A DNA stretch of 64,000 bases from NCBI GenBank assembly GCA_041665625.1, contig JBAYIK010000003.1, forward strand, positions 2,967 to 66,966, written 5' to 3'. This stretch comes from Minisyncoccota bacterium (GTDB lineage Bacteria > Patescibacteriota > Minisyncoccia > Phycocordibacterales > XYD1-FULL-46-19). Shown here one piece after another: positions 10,501 to 18,957 of the stretch. Positions within the stretch are counted from its first letter, which is position 1, and the number at the start of each line of letters is the position of its first letter. Below the pieces are notes generated by a model that was not told the DNA's origin, ran no database searches, and saw nothing but the letters and a program-made list of their open reading frames with translations. Made by a program: the position numbers and the translations under genes.

Positions 10501-10989
10501 GATGATCCTAATTATCCTTTGACTCCTTATTTCCCTAAACTTTGGAAAATTCCTGGGACCACCCGCGTCCTTGGTACAGCTGAGGATACTATCACTCTCC
10601 GTTGCCCTTCCGACTACGGTGATAAAACTATGTATGTTCGGGTGAAGCCAGCTATTGTTGATGCCGATTTCAAAATGGAGTTGAGAGGTAATGATAGGAA
10701 ACCTCATGCGACCTGGAAGGCTGTACCAAGAGGCTATTCCTCTGGCCGTCAGGGAAGTTGCTCTGTCGTGTTTTCACAAGTCGGTGCCACGACTGATGGT
10801 GCTACTTATAGCAAACCTAACCAAACTAAAACTGGTGGTATGGTTGGGGATCAAGAAGTTAGTACTAAAGGCGCGCTTTGTCCGGTTAACAACTGGCGGA
10901 CTCAATATTGTCGAATAAGGGCTACCCTTTCTTGCGAGTTAAATGGTTTGACAACGTCTGCTGTCAAAGATGCTGAAAATACTTATTAA
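7558..10989 (+). CDS. Giant secreted surface protein (1143 aa) with two TSP1-like Cys motifs, three tandem ~115-aa modules and the shared C-terminal module
   Basis: Signal peptide MNLRKIFVLALFLSLFVLPALTQA. W..W(G)SC...CG...R.R.C...C...C patterns lie at aa ~35-80 and ~880-925. Three tandem modules begin ANP(T/Y)..., ANPYFTDASDWNITGQTK..., ASPYLTNTNDWNITGQTK.... The C-terminal 220 aa are near-identical to those of 3826-7026. Confidence 0.6.
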   Translation: MNLRKIFVLALFLSLFVLPALTQAATTPNVPNPSWTAWGSCPAITSATACGNFLYRTRICTGTRCPSMRVQSKICGYAPCSLDQNKAEFVEITGAPSTSTLTPRQEFVLTVKVKNTSDIFWPKQSTANLAKKAYGYRLAFVDINADVNADGYSDYTNVWDYSYGLTLNQDIATGSIATFSKKIKAPSKAGTYTLTMQMYQQNRGLFGPKSETKTYTVGGGDTDILANPTLDSYGDWEIKTAMKKLSWDKKAFSSSYVEIWMCPSTVVIPSSDDCIKSYGGTDAVNSGSRDIGLPLGVTPGLWKVFVTGTTNGTVGSGFTPVVKLVDNSGIVSLGISGVDVGGTSFNEVSDIWTRGMSKAVDWVTTGDINHVKISICPVGLDTCLLAKHNDVTLDNVLNDDDYSPVTIPSNSTYTQAKIKVEDKTNSSRFGLSPVFTVGSANVVVLANPYFTDASDWNITGQTKIIKWDPKAFSNGAGNVDIWMCKAGVNTFSTTNGDCINSYLGVPNAGERQIGLPGNITTGYWRVYIKNSLVGNYNGAGFTPQVRLVGGNTNVPNGFSDVLIEGVSGTADNTWYAGTKKNISWRRNGTMPSINLRICSVGASSCPSYLLYNSAQTNGVNDVTLPDNIALAPGAYFLKVENYANTNQSAVSANFTVGAAPSVLASPYLTNTNDWNITGQTKTLKWGALAFNSGTGNVDIWMCKDEAGFSATNGNCLNSYSGVPNAGEKQIGLPSNITTGYWRVYVKGSRGDNSRAGFTPKIKLVSDSVATVYGSLRAASNQPSVGQVRIGATSGNGWTSDYTYPQMNDTVCPGGNCIVSLKTTNSAYRFVANSGPQTCTGDANTGVRVCTFPRTTDNISVIGTWELIPINPPPEATGPTWTAVGSCSLPCGSGTQTWTCAGTACPRAREVRSCNTQSCPLSVAPSMSINGYDQNQVYVDLNTRDDGYNILIKNSIVGCYVMRNGNIIELLSGGDIAVSGYRDDPNYPLTPYFPKLWKIPGTTRVLGTAEDTITLRCPSDYGDKTMYVRVKPAIVDADFKMELRGNDRKPHATWKAVPRGYSSGRQGSCSVVFSQVGATTDGATYSKPNQTKTGGMVGDQEVSTKGALCPVNNWRTQYCRIRATLSCELNGLTTSAVKDAENTY
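8233..9880 (+). repeat. Three tandem ~345-bp coding repeats inside giant 3; copies 2 and 3 are near-identical at the DNA level
   Basis: Conserved DNA blocks such as gactggaatattac.gg.cagac.aa, gggaatgtagatat.tggatgtgtaaag and ggtattggagagtctat recur at ~8894-9240 and ~9548-9880. A more diverged copy lies at ~8233-8580. Confidence 0.6.
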
Positions 10990-11013
10990 AAAGTAATTTA
11001 GTAAGACAAACAA

Positions 11014-11044
11014 AAAGAGAGGATAAAACCTCTCTTTTTGTTTG
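11014..11044 (+). terminator. Rho-independent terminator
   Basis: AGAGAGG-ataaaa-CCTCTCT followed by TTTTGTTT after the stop at 10989. Confidence 0.55.
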
Positions 11045-11082
11045 GGAATAAAAAAAATTTGCGTTATAATTTGTAGTAGTTT

Positions 11083-12843
11083 ATGCCTATTAGTTTGCAA
11101 AGTTTAAAAGATTTTTTGCTCGATGCCCGCCTTTTGGCCGCGCGAGATTTTGATAGCGTCATGACTGAAGCCGGCGGTGACAACCGTCGGGCGGAGGATC
11201 TTTTGGTTAGTAAGGGTCTTATTAGTGAAGATGATTTACGTCGAGCAAAGTCTTACATCCTAGGTATCCCGTTTGTTGATTTGCATAAGGAACGAATTCC
11301 AAAGGAAGTCCTTTTCTTAATCCCTGAACCGGTCGCTCGTAAACATAATATTGTTGCCTATAAAAAAGGGGTGGATACTCTTGAAGTGGCGATGCTTGAT
11401 CCGCTTGATCTTGAATCAATCGATTTCATAAAGAAGGGAACCGGTCTTAAGATTTTACCTCGCCTTACTGATACTGATTCGATTAAAGCGGTTCTTGTTC
11501 AGTATCAAAAAAGCTTGAAGGCCGAGTTTGGCGACCTTATTCAAAAAGAGTCTTTGACGATTAAAAATCAGGCTGAAGGGGTTTCGAATGAAGATCCGAC
11601 TAGTGAGGATCTTAAGCGCTTGGCCGAGGGTTTGCCAGTCGTGAGGATTGTCGAGTCACTTCTTGAGCACGCCATTATGCAGAAGGCCTCAGACATCCAT
11701 ATTGAGCCTTTTGAACGGGAGCTTGTCATTCGTTACCGGATTGATGGGGTCCTTCATGACGCAATGATTCTTCCTAAAGAAACGGCTTCGGGGATTGTTG
11801 CTCGTATCAAAGTCTTGGCTAATCTTCGCCTGGATGAGAAGCGCCTCCCTCAAGATGGACGCTTTAAGACGACGAGCCACGGAGCTAACGTCTCTTACCG
11901 TGTCTCAACTTTACCAATTCAGTTTGGTGAGAAGGTCGTTATGCGTCTTCTTCCCGATTCTGTCCACGGGCTAACTCTTGAATCTGTCGGCTTCCACGGA
12001 GAAGGATTGGAAAAAATTCAGAAGGCGATTCAGCGCACGACAGGGATGCTCTTGGTCACGGGCCCAACTGGTTCGGGTAAATCGACAACTCTCTATGCCT
12101 TGCTTGATATTTTAAATACTCCTGACGTTAATATCTCGACGGTCGAAGACCCTGTTGAGTATCAGATCCGGCGCGTTAATCAAACTCAGGTTCGTCCTGA
12201 TATCGGTTTAACTTTTGCTTCAGGCCTTCGTACTCTCGTTCGTCAGGATCCTGACATTATCATGGTGGGAGAAATTCGTGACCAAGAAACAGCTAGTTTG
12301 GCTATTAATGCTGCCTTGACTGGGCATTTAGTTCTTTCTACTCTCCACACTAACTCGGCCGCAGGCACCATCCCTCGTCTCCTTGATTTAGGAGCAGAAC
12401 CCTTCTTATTGGTTTCGACTGTTGAGGTGATTGTTGCCCAACGTTTAGTACGTAAATTGTCTGACCCCAAGGAACCTTATATCCCTACTCCTGATGAGAT
12501 AAAAGCCTTGGGCGAAAAGGCTGATCTCCCCAAGGTGTTGTCTTGTCTTAAGAAAGAAAAAATTATTAAAGAAACTGACGACTGGGCCAATATCAATTTC
12601 TATCGGCCCAAGATTTCGGCTGACCCGGCTAACCCTGACGGCTATGCCGGTCGTCTTGCTATTGTCGAAGTCTTGACGATGTCTCGCGTTCTACGGGAAA
12701 TGATTATTAAGAACGCAACAGCCGAAGATCTTAACCGAGAAGCTCGAGAGGAAGGGATGCTCACTATGCTTGAGGACGGACTCTTCAAGGCGGTCCAGGG
12801 TTTAACCTCAGTTGAAGAAATATTGAGAGCTGTAACAGAATAG
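11083..12843 (+). CDS. pilB: Type IV pilus / type II secretion assembly ATPase (GspE/PilB family)
   Basis: Walker A LVTGPTGSGKSTTLYALL, Asp box, the Walker B/His box MVGEIRD...LVLSTLHTN, and an N-terminal GspE_N-like domain. Confidence 0.85.
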   Translation: MPISLQSLKDFLLDARLLAARDFDSVMTEAGGDNRRAEDLLVSKGLISEDDLRRAKSYILGIPFVDLHKERIPKEVLFLIPEPVARKHNIVAYKKGVDTLEVAMLDPLDLESIDFIKKGTGLKILPRLTDTDSIKAVLVQYQKSLKAEFGDLIQKESLTIKNQAEGVSNEDPTSEDLKRLAEGLPVVRIVESLLEHAIMQKASDIHIEPFERELVIRYRIDGVLHDAMILPKETASGIVARIKVLANLRLDEKRLPQDGRFKTTSHGANVSYRVSTLPIQFGEKVVMRLLPDSVHGLTLESVGFHGEGLEKIQKAIQRTTGMLLVTGPTGSGKSTTLYALLDILNTPDVNISTVEDPVEYQIRRVNQTQVRPDIGLTFASGLRTLVRQDPDIIMVGEIRDQETASLAINAALTGHLVLSTLHTNSAAGTIPRLLDLGAEPFLLVSTVEVIVAQRLVRKLSDPKEPYIPTPDEIKALGEKADLPKVLSCLKKEKIIKETDDWANINFYRPKISADPANPDGYAGRLAIVEVLTMSRVLREMIIKNATAEDLNREAREEGMLTMLEDGLFKAVQGLTSVEEILRAVTE

Positions 12844-12874
12844 TTCAATAAACTCACTACAAGTAATTATTATC

Positions 12875-14098
12875 ATGATTAATTTTTCTTATCGAGTTAG
12901 ACGTGACGGTGGAGGAGAAGAAACGGGGGAGCGTCTCTCGACGGATCGTTTTGCATTGGCCCGAGAATTGCGGGGAGAGGGGCTAACGGTTATTGCTGTC
13001 AACGAAATTAGGGTTAAGCCGGGCAATGATATTTTGTCGAAGATAAATATTTTTGGTCGCCGAGTAAAATTGAAAGATAAAATTATTTTTGCGAGCAACC
13101 TTAGTTCAATGCTTTCGGCGGGTTTGTCTTTGTCGCGGGCTTTGTCGGTTTTGTCCAAACAAACGAATAATAGAAACTTTAAAGGAGTCATCGACAAGGT
13201 CGGTGCAAAAATTAATAAGGGTGATAGTTTTAGTCGAGCCCTTGCTTCTTACCCTAAAGTTTTTCCTGAAGTTTTTGTGGCCATGATTGAAGCGGCTGAG
13301 GAGTCTGGCAAAATGCCTGAAGCCCTCAAATTAATTGCTGAGCAGCTAGAAAAAAGTTATGGCTTGCGCCGTAAAATTATGGGAGCTCTTATATACCCGG
13401 CAGTAATTGTGGTTGTCATTTTTGCCATCGGTATCTTGATGATGATTTTTCTCATCCCGACCTTGTCATCGACCTTTAGGGAATTAGATGTTCCTCTACC
13501 AGTGACAACGCTCTTTGTTATTAATCTCTCTGATTTTCTTGTTAATAATCTTGTTCTTGTTCTTATTTTAATAGCCGGGGCGGTAGCGGGGGCCTTCGTC
13601 TTCATCCGGTCAGATCTTGGCAAAAGTTACTCTTCAGCTCTTTTCTTATATATACCTTTTGTAAAGAACCTCACGCGCCAGGCCAATTCGGCGACGGTCT
13701 TGCGGACTATCTCTTCTCTTATCTCTGCTGGTGTCAGTATGACTCAAACGTTAGAAATTACGGCTCGCGTGGTTCAAAATGAGTATTATCGCAAAGTTCT
13801 AACTGAAGCTTATGATAAGGTCCAAAAGGGCTTACCTCTTTCAGCCGTGTTTGCTGCTCACCAAAACCTCTTTCCCATTTTTGCCAGTGAAATGTCCGCC
13901 GTGGGGGAGGAAACAGGTAAGTTGCCCGAACTATTACTTAAAGGAGCCCTCTTTTTTGAAGACGAAGTTGATCAAGTCACAAAAAATCTTTCCACTGTCA
14001 TTGAGCCCGTCTTAATGGTCTTTATTGGTATTGCTGTAGGCTTCTTTGCTATATCAATGATCGGTCCAATGTATTCACTTTCTAATGCGATTAAATAA
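12875..14098 (+). CDS. pilC: Type IV pilus / T2SS inner-membrane platform protein (GspF/PilC family)
   Basis: Two GspF-type repeats (GLSLSRALSVLSKQ..., ...SLISAGVSMTQTLEITARV), three TM segments, and synteny directly after the GspE ATPase. Confidence 0.8.
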   Translation: MINFSYRVRRDGGGEETGERLSTDRFALARELRGEGLTVIAVNEIRVKPGNDILSKINIFGRRVKLKDKIIFASNLSSMLSAGLSLSRALSVLSKQTNNRNFKGVIDKVGAKINKGDSFSRALASYPKVFPEVFVAMIEAAEESGKMPEALKLIAEQLEKSYGLRRKIMGALIYPAVIVVVIFAIGILMMIFLIPTLSSTFRELDVPLPVTTLFVINLSDFLVNNLVLVLILIAGAVAGAFVFIRSDLGKSYSSALFLYIPFVKNLTRQANSATVLRTISSLISAGVSMTQTLEITARVVQNEYYRKVLTEAYDKVQKGLPLSAVFAAHQNLFPIFASEMSAVGEETGKLPELLLKGALFFEDEVDQVTKNLSTVIEPVLMVFIGIAVGFFAISMIGPMYSLSNAIK

Positions 14099-15989
14099 AG
14101 GAAAAACTGGTGGATTTACCCCCACACCAAAGATGTTTCTTGCACCAGTGATTTTTATTATGGAATTTCTCAAAGATAAGATTAAATTTGTTTATGGCAA
14201 TTTTTCTATTGGCTTGGTTAAAAGCAAAAAATCGAGAAAATCTTTGGTGTGGGGGTTTACTCTTGTTGAGTCGGTTGTGGCGACAGCCATTTTTGTCATA
14301 ATCGCTCTAGGAATTTACCAAGCCTTCTATAGTTTGAGCGGTTTGGTCCAGATATCTAAACTCAAATCGACAGCCGTTTCCCTTGCCAATGAAAAGTTAG
14401 AAATTGCTCGTAATTTATCCTATTACGATCTTGGAGTTATTGATGGAGCTCCACCTGGGAAGATCCCCCAAGAGAAAAATGAAATTCGGAATGGCATTAA
14501 TTTTATTGTTAGTACAACAGTGAGAAGTATTGACGACCCTTTTGACGGTACGATTGCCAGCAGTACGGATCTAAACCCCGCGGACTATAAACTTGTTTCC
14601 GTTGAAGTCGCTTGCCCTAGTTGTCGCAATTATCAACCTATTACTTTGGCCACCCGGGTATCTCCCAAGAATTTGGAGATGAGCCTTGGTCACGGCGCCC
14701 TCTTTGTTCAAGTTATTGATGCTGAAGGCAAGGGGATTCCTGATGTCGATGTGAAGGTCACTAATACAGCGACCACTACAATTGTTATTGATAAAACGAA
14801 TAATGCGGGGCTTTTGCAGTTGGTGGACCTTCCTCCCGGCGAGCTTGTTTATCGGGTAGAGGTTAGTAAATCTGGTTATTCTTCCTCTCGGACTTATGCT
14901 CCGGGAGAGAACGGCTTAGCTCGTCCAGCTAATTTGAATCCAACTGTTTCGGCTAGCCAATTAACAAAAATGACTCTCGTTATTGATAAACTTAGTAATT
15001 TGCAAGTGAGAACGATTGATCAATATTGTCAGACTCCTTCTCGTTCTTTTTCTTTCCATTTGCAGGGGGCGAAATACTTGGATTCGGAAAATTCTATTTT
15101 GAAATATAACCAAGACTTAACAGTTTCTGGCCTACTTAGTCTCACCGGACTAGAATGGGATACCTATAAATTTACTCCTAATGATGAAACTTGGGCAATT
15201 GTGGGCTCTTTTCCTTTACAGTCAGTTCTTTTGCTTCCCGGTGCCACGAGTGAGGTTAAGCTTCTCTTGGCCCCTCCCGACGGACGGGGACTTCTCGTTT
15301 CGGTTAAGGATGGGACATCTCTTGGCCTGCCTTTGTCTGATGTCGCCGTTACTTTAAGCAAAGCGGGAGACACTCGGTCCCAGAGTACTAGCCAGGGATT
15401 CTTCAGGGACACTGATTGGTCTTCTGGAGATAGTACTGGCGATGGTAATATCACCCTTAATGATCCGGTCGGGGACCTTAAATTAAAGGAGGTTCTCGGC
15501 AGTTATGAGCCTGAAGGTTTCTTAATTTCTCAACTCTTCGATACTGGGACAAGCTCCACTGCTTTTTATAGTATTGTATTTCAGCCAACTATCCAGGATC
15601 CAGCAACGGGGGTAGATAGTGTTCGCTTTCAGATCGCTTCAAGTAATGACCCCGCGACAACCACTTGGGATTTTACTGGGCCAGATGGTTTGGCGACAAG
15701 TTTTTATACTAGCTCCGGTCAAACTATCCATTCTCAACATAACGACAGGCGTTATGTGCGTTATAAGGTATACTTATCAACAGCTAACCGAAGTTATAGC
15801 CCAAGTCTCTCTGATGTGGCTATAACTTATAGCTCTGGGTGTTTACCTTTTGGTCAAGTCTTTTTCTCCGGGTTAAGTTCGGGGACTTATAACGTCACGG
15901 CCGAAAAAGATGGCTACCAATCTTATACCGGCTCGATCTCTATTGATAGTAATTGGCAGATACTAGAAATTCCTCTCAATTTGCAATAA
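14085..15989 (+). CDS. Large prepilin-like protein (class III signal, G|FTLVE) with carboxypeptidase-regulatory-like beta-sandwich domains; start codon uncertain
   Basis: N-terminal KSLVWG|FTLVESVVATAIFVIIALGIY matches the type IV prepilin cleavage/methylation motif. Beta-rich modules follow (e.g. ALFVQVIDAEGKGIPDVDVKVTNT...). Alternative starts at 14124 or 14160 are possible. Confidence 0.6.
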   Translation: MRLNKGKTGGFTPTPKMFLAPVIFIMEFLKDKIKFVYGNFSIGLVKSKKSRKSLVWGFTLVESVVATAIFVIIALGIYQAFYSLSGLVQISKLKSTAVSLANEKLEIARNLSYYDLGVIDGAPPGKIPQEKNEIRNGINFIVSTTVRSIDDPFDGTIASSTDLNPADYKLVSVEVACPSCRNYQPITLATRVSPKNLEMSLGHGALFVQVIDAEGKGIPDVDVKVTNTATTTIVIDKTNNAGLLQLVDLPPGELVYRVEVSKSGYSSSRTYAPGENGLARPANLNPTVSASQLTKMTLVIDKLSNLQVRTIDQYCQTPSRSFSFHLQGAKYLDSENSILKYNQDLTVSGLLSLTGLEWDTYKFTPNDETWAIVGSFPLQSVLLLPGATSEVKLLLAPPDGRGLLVSVKDGTSLGLPLSDVAVTLSKAGDTRSQSTSQGFFRDTDWSSGDSTGDGNITLNDPVGDLKLKEVLGSYEPEGFLISQLFDTGTSSTAFYSIVFQPTIQDPATGVDSVRFQIASSNDPATTTWDFTGPDGLATSFYTSSGQTIHSQHNDRRYVRYKVYLSTANRSYSPSLSDVAITYSSGCLPFGQVFFSGLSSGTYNVTAEKDGYQSYTGSISIDSNWQILEIPLNLQ

Positions 15990-16567
15990 TGAAAAAAAAC
16001 TTTAACAACCTAAAGGGGCTTACCCTGATTGAGTTACTTGTAGCAATAAGCATTAGTCTCCTTGTTGGTATAGCCGTTATTAATTTTGGCCGTGATATTT
16101 TCTATCAAAATTATCTTGTTTCTAAGTCGTTGGTATCGGAGAACGAAGCTAAGTCTACCTTGAGCCGAATTGTTACCGAGCTTCGCCGGGCCGTTCCCGC
16201 AGGGACGGGGGCTTACCCTCTCGATACTGTTAGCTCTACTACCCTTATTTTTTATAGTGATACTAATGGAGATGGAGTGAGCGAGAGACTTCATTATTGG
16301 CGAGACGGCTTATCTCTTAAGCGAGGTCTAACTAGCCCTTCTGGTTCGCCCTATACTTATTCTCCAACAGATGGGAGTGTCGGTATAGCCGTGAATACTC
16401 TTATTAATGCAACGGGAACCATTTTTAGTTATTATGATCAGAACTATGATGGTTCAAGTTCCCCATTGTCCCTTCCTGTTAATGTCGCGAGCGTTCGTTT
16501 GATTAAAATAGATTTAGGAAATTTAAGTAATCAGGTCATGCTTCGGGTTCTAAAGGATAATTATTAA
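15989..16567 (+). CDS. Type IV pilin / pseudopilin-like protein
   Basis: MKKNFNNLKG|LTLIELLVAISISLLVGIAV prepilin N-terminus. The ATG at 15989 overlaps the upstream stop (TAATG). The ORF-track start at 15953 is probably too far upstream. Confidence 0.65.
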   Translation: MKKNFNNLKGLTLIELLVAISISLLVGIAVINFGRDIFYQNYLVSKSLVSENEAKSTLSRIVTELRRAVPAGTGAYPLDTVSSTTLIFYSDTNGDGVSERLHYWRDGLSLKRGLTSPSGSPYTYSPTDGSVGIAVNTLINATGTIFSYYDQNYDGSSSPLSLPVNVASVRLIKIDLGNLSNQVMLRVLKDNY

Positions 16568-16568
16568 A

Positions 16569-17984
16569 ATGAAAAAACTAAAACAAAAAGGTTATTTATT
16601 AATTCAAGTTTTAGTTTTTGGGGCTGTGGGTCTTGTCATTATTGGCGGGCTCATCGGCTTTGCCGGAACAAGCTTAAAATATTCTAATTATCTAAAATCG
16701 AGAGAACAAGCTTTGGCCATTGCTGAGGCTGGCCTTGATTATTACCGCTGGCATCTGGCCCATGCCCCTTTAGATTTTAAGGACGGGACGGGGCAGGCGG
16801 GGCCTTATGTTCATTCTTTTCCTGACAAAAACAATGATATCATCGGTCAGTTTACGTTAACGGTTATTCCTCCAGGTATGGGCTCGACTATTGTCACTAT
16901 CCAGTCTAAAGGAGAAGTCTTTGACGGTTCTGGAGCTAGTCGTACTTTAGAAAGCAAGCTCGCCATCACTTCCTTAGCTAAATATGCGGTGGTTGCCGAC
17001 GCGGATCTTCGTTTTGGCGAGGGGACAGTAATTTTTGGCCCCATTCACTCTAATGGGGGGATTCGTTTTGACGGTTTGGCTAATAATTTGGTTACCAGCG
17101 CCTTGCCCAATTATAATGATCCTGATCATACTGGGGATAATGAGTATGCTGTCCATACTCACCTTGGGACTGATGATCCGACGCCTCCGACTTCTTTGCC
17201 TCTTAGGGCCGATGTTTTCCGCGCGGGAAGACAAATCTCTGTCCCGGCAGTAAGCTTCCTTGGCCTCTCAGCTGACATGGCCGTACTTGAGACCCTGGCC
17301 AGCTCAACGGATGGAGTCTTTCTCTCTAATTCAGGGGCATCGGGCTATGAATTAGTTCTTAAGACAACGGGGAAATTTGATGTCTACAAAGTTAATTCTG
17401 TTCGTTCCCCAAGCAACTTTTTTTGTTTTAATAGTAATTTCCAAACCGGTTGGGGGACTTGGAGCATTAATGATAGGACTAAAATTTTACCAGGAGATAG
17501 ACCTTTCCCGGTTAACGGTATAATTTTTGTTAAAGATAATATCTGGGTCTCGGGGACTATAGATGGTAAACGTTTAACCATTGCCTCTTCGATGGGGGCG
17601 AGCGGGAATACGAGTATCACCGTCAATCAAGACCTTAGATATACTCACTATAATGGCGAGGATGCTTTGGCTCTTATTGCCCAGAATAATATCAATGTTG
17701 GTGAATATAGTAGCGATGTCTTAAGAATTGATGGCGCCCTAGTGGCCCAAAGCGGGCGTGTCGGGCGTTTCTATTATAATTTCGCTTGCCCGAGCAATAG
17801 CCTTTCTACCCTGAATCTTTATGGGATGATTGCCTCTAAAGAGCGTTATGGTTTCTCTTATGATGACGGTCGAGGTTATGCTAATCGTAATATTACCTAT
17901 GATGGCAATTTCCTCTATGGTCCACCACCTTCTTTTCCCCTGACTTCTGACCAATACCAGACTATCTCCTGGCGGGAAATTTAG
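16569..17984 (+). CDS. PilX-like minor pilin / pilus-tip-associated protein
   Basis: N-terminus KGYLLIQVLVFGAVGLVIIGGLI...QALAIAEAGLDYY resembles the PilX N-terminal domain. Sits downstream of the pilin genes. Confidence 0.5.
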   Translation: MKKLKQKGYLLIQVLVFGAVGLVIIGGLIGFAGTSLKYSNYLKSREQALAIAEAGLDYYRWHLAHAPLDFKDGTGQAGPYVHSFPDKNNDIIGQFTLTVIPPGMGSTIVTIQSKGEVFDGSGASRTLESKLAITSLAKYAVVADADLRFGEGTVIFGPIHSNGGIRFDGLANNLVTSALPNYNDPDHTGDNEYAVHTHLGTDDPTPPTSLPLRADVFRAGRQISVPAVSFLGLSADMAVLETLASSTDGVFLSNSGASGYELVLKTTGKFDVYKVNSVRSPSNFFCFNSNFQTGWGTWSINDRTKILPGDRPFPVNGIIFVKDNIWVSGTIDGKRLTIASSMGASGNTSITVNQDLRYTHYNGEDALALIAQNNINVGEYSSDVLRIDGALVAQSGRVGRFYYNFACPSNSLSTLNLYGMIASKERYGFSYDDGRGYANRNITYDGNFLYGPPPSFPLTSDQYQTISWREI

Positions 17985-18003
17985 GCGCTCGGCCTTGCTT
18001 CAT

Positions 18004-18046
18004 TAAAACAACACATAAAACCCCTCCAGCGAGGGGTTTTCTTACG
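18004..18046 (+). terminator. Rho-independent terminator; copy of a repeated ~40-nt element AAAACAACAC(A/T)(G/A)AAAACCCCTCCAGCGAGGGGTTTTCTTA
   Basis: Stem CCCCTC/GAGGGG followed by a T-tract. A near-identical sequence recurs at 37447-37487 and 42952-42992. Confidence 0.65.
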
Positions 18047-18184
18047 CTTCGCATCGGCCATTTTGCCATAGTTCTTCGAACAAAGGATGGCAAAAACCGG
18101 CTGGCCGTAGCTACGCGAGGTTGTTTTACTGAACAAGGCCTCGCTTAGTTGTCGGGAGTGGGGGACGAGGAGTATAATGTCTCC

Positions 18185-18952
18185 ATGTCTACAAAAATTA
18201 TTGCTGGGAACTGGAAAATGAATCCGGTGACCCTAAAGGATGCGAAGCTCACTTTTACTGGGATCAAACGTTCAGTTAGCAAGGTCCGTGGGGTCTCGGT
18301 GCTTATTTGCCCCCCCTTTATCTATTTGCCTGAGCTCAAGAAGATGTCGGCCGGTTCTAAAGTCGAGGTTGGTTCCCAGGATGTGAGTGCCAAGGATATG
18401 GGGGCGGAGACCGGGTCTGTCTCGGCCTACATGGTTCGTGATTTAGGAGTTAAGATGACAATTATCGGTCACTCGGAGAGGAGAGCGGGGGGCGACACGG
18501 ATGAGATTGTTAATCAGAAAGTTCTAACTGCTCTTACGGCCGGCCTCCATGTTATTTTATGTATCGGCGAAAAAGTTCGCGATGATAAAAGCCAGTATCT
18601 TAACACTTTACAAGAACAACTTGAGAAAGCCCTAGCTGGCTTCCCCGTAAAATTGGCTGATCGCCTGATTGTTGCTTATGAGCCCGTTTGGGCGATTGGG
18701 AAGAATGCGACGGGGGTGGAAACACCTGATGGTTTCTTGCAGAATAAAATTTTTGTTCGTAAAGTTTTGGCCGGGATCGTTGGGCGTAAGAAGGCTTTAG
18801 CTGTTCCTGTTCTTTATGGTGGCTCCGCTAATGCTCAGAATGCTGGTGATTTTCTTAAGGCCGGACAAGCTGACGGCCTCTTGGTTGGCCGTGATTCGCT
18901 TAACCCTAAGAATTTTGCCGAGATAATTAAAATTGCCAGCCAGTCTAAATAA
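18185..18952 (+). CDS. tpiA: Triosephosphate isomerase
   Basis: IIAGNWKMN, IGHSERR, AYEPVWAIG motifs. The ATG at 18185 gives a canonical N-terminus; the ORF-track start at 18149 is probably upstream of the real start. Confidence 0.85.
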   Translation: MSTKIIAGNWKMNPVTLKDAKLTFTGIKRSVSKVRGVSVLICPPFIYLPELKKMSAGSKVEVGSQDVSAKDMGAETGSVSAYMVRDLGVKMTIIGHSERRAGGDTDEIVNQKVLTALTAGLHVILCIGEKVRDDKSQYLNTLQEQLEKALAGFPVKLADRLIVAYEPVWAIGKNATGVETPDGFLQNKIFVRKVLAGIVGRKKALAVPVLYGGSANAQNAGDFLKAGQADGLLVGRDSLNPKNFAEIIKIASQSK

Positions 18953-18957
18953 AAATC

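Noticed and set aside
1742-10918. Numerous 60-200-aa ORFs on the minus strand or in alternative frames inside the three giant genes (e.g. 1742-2146, 2282-2899, 3883-4149, 5536-5874, 8253-8663, 10465-10707)
   Set aside because: All are overlapped by much longer same-region ORFs with signal peptides and consistent repeat structure. They are frame artefacts of the G/T/S-rich repetitive sequence.
18149-18184. Upstream extension of the tpiA ORF (MSGVGDEEYNVS)
   Set aside because: The canonical TIM N-terminus (STKIIAGNWKMN) starts at the ATG at 18185; the extension is unlikely to be translated.
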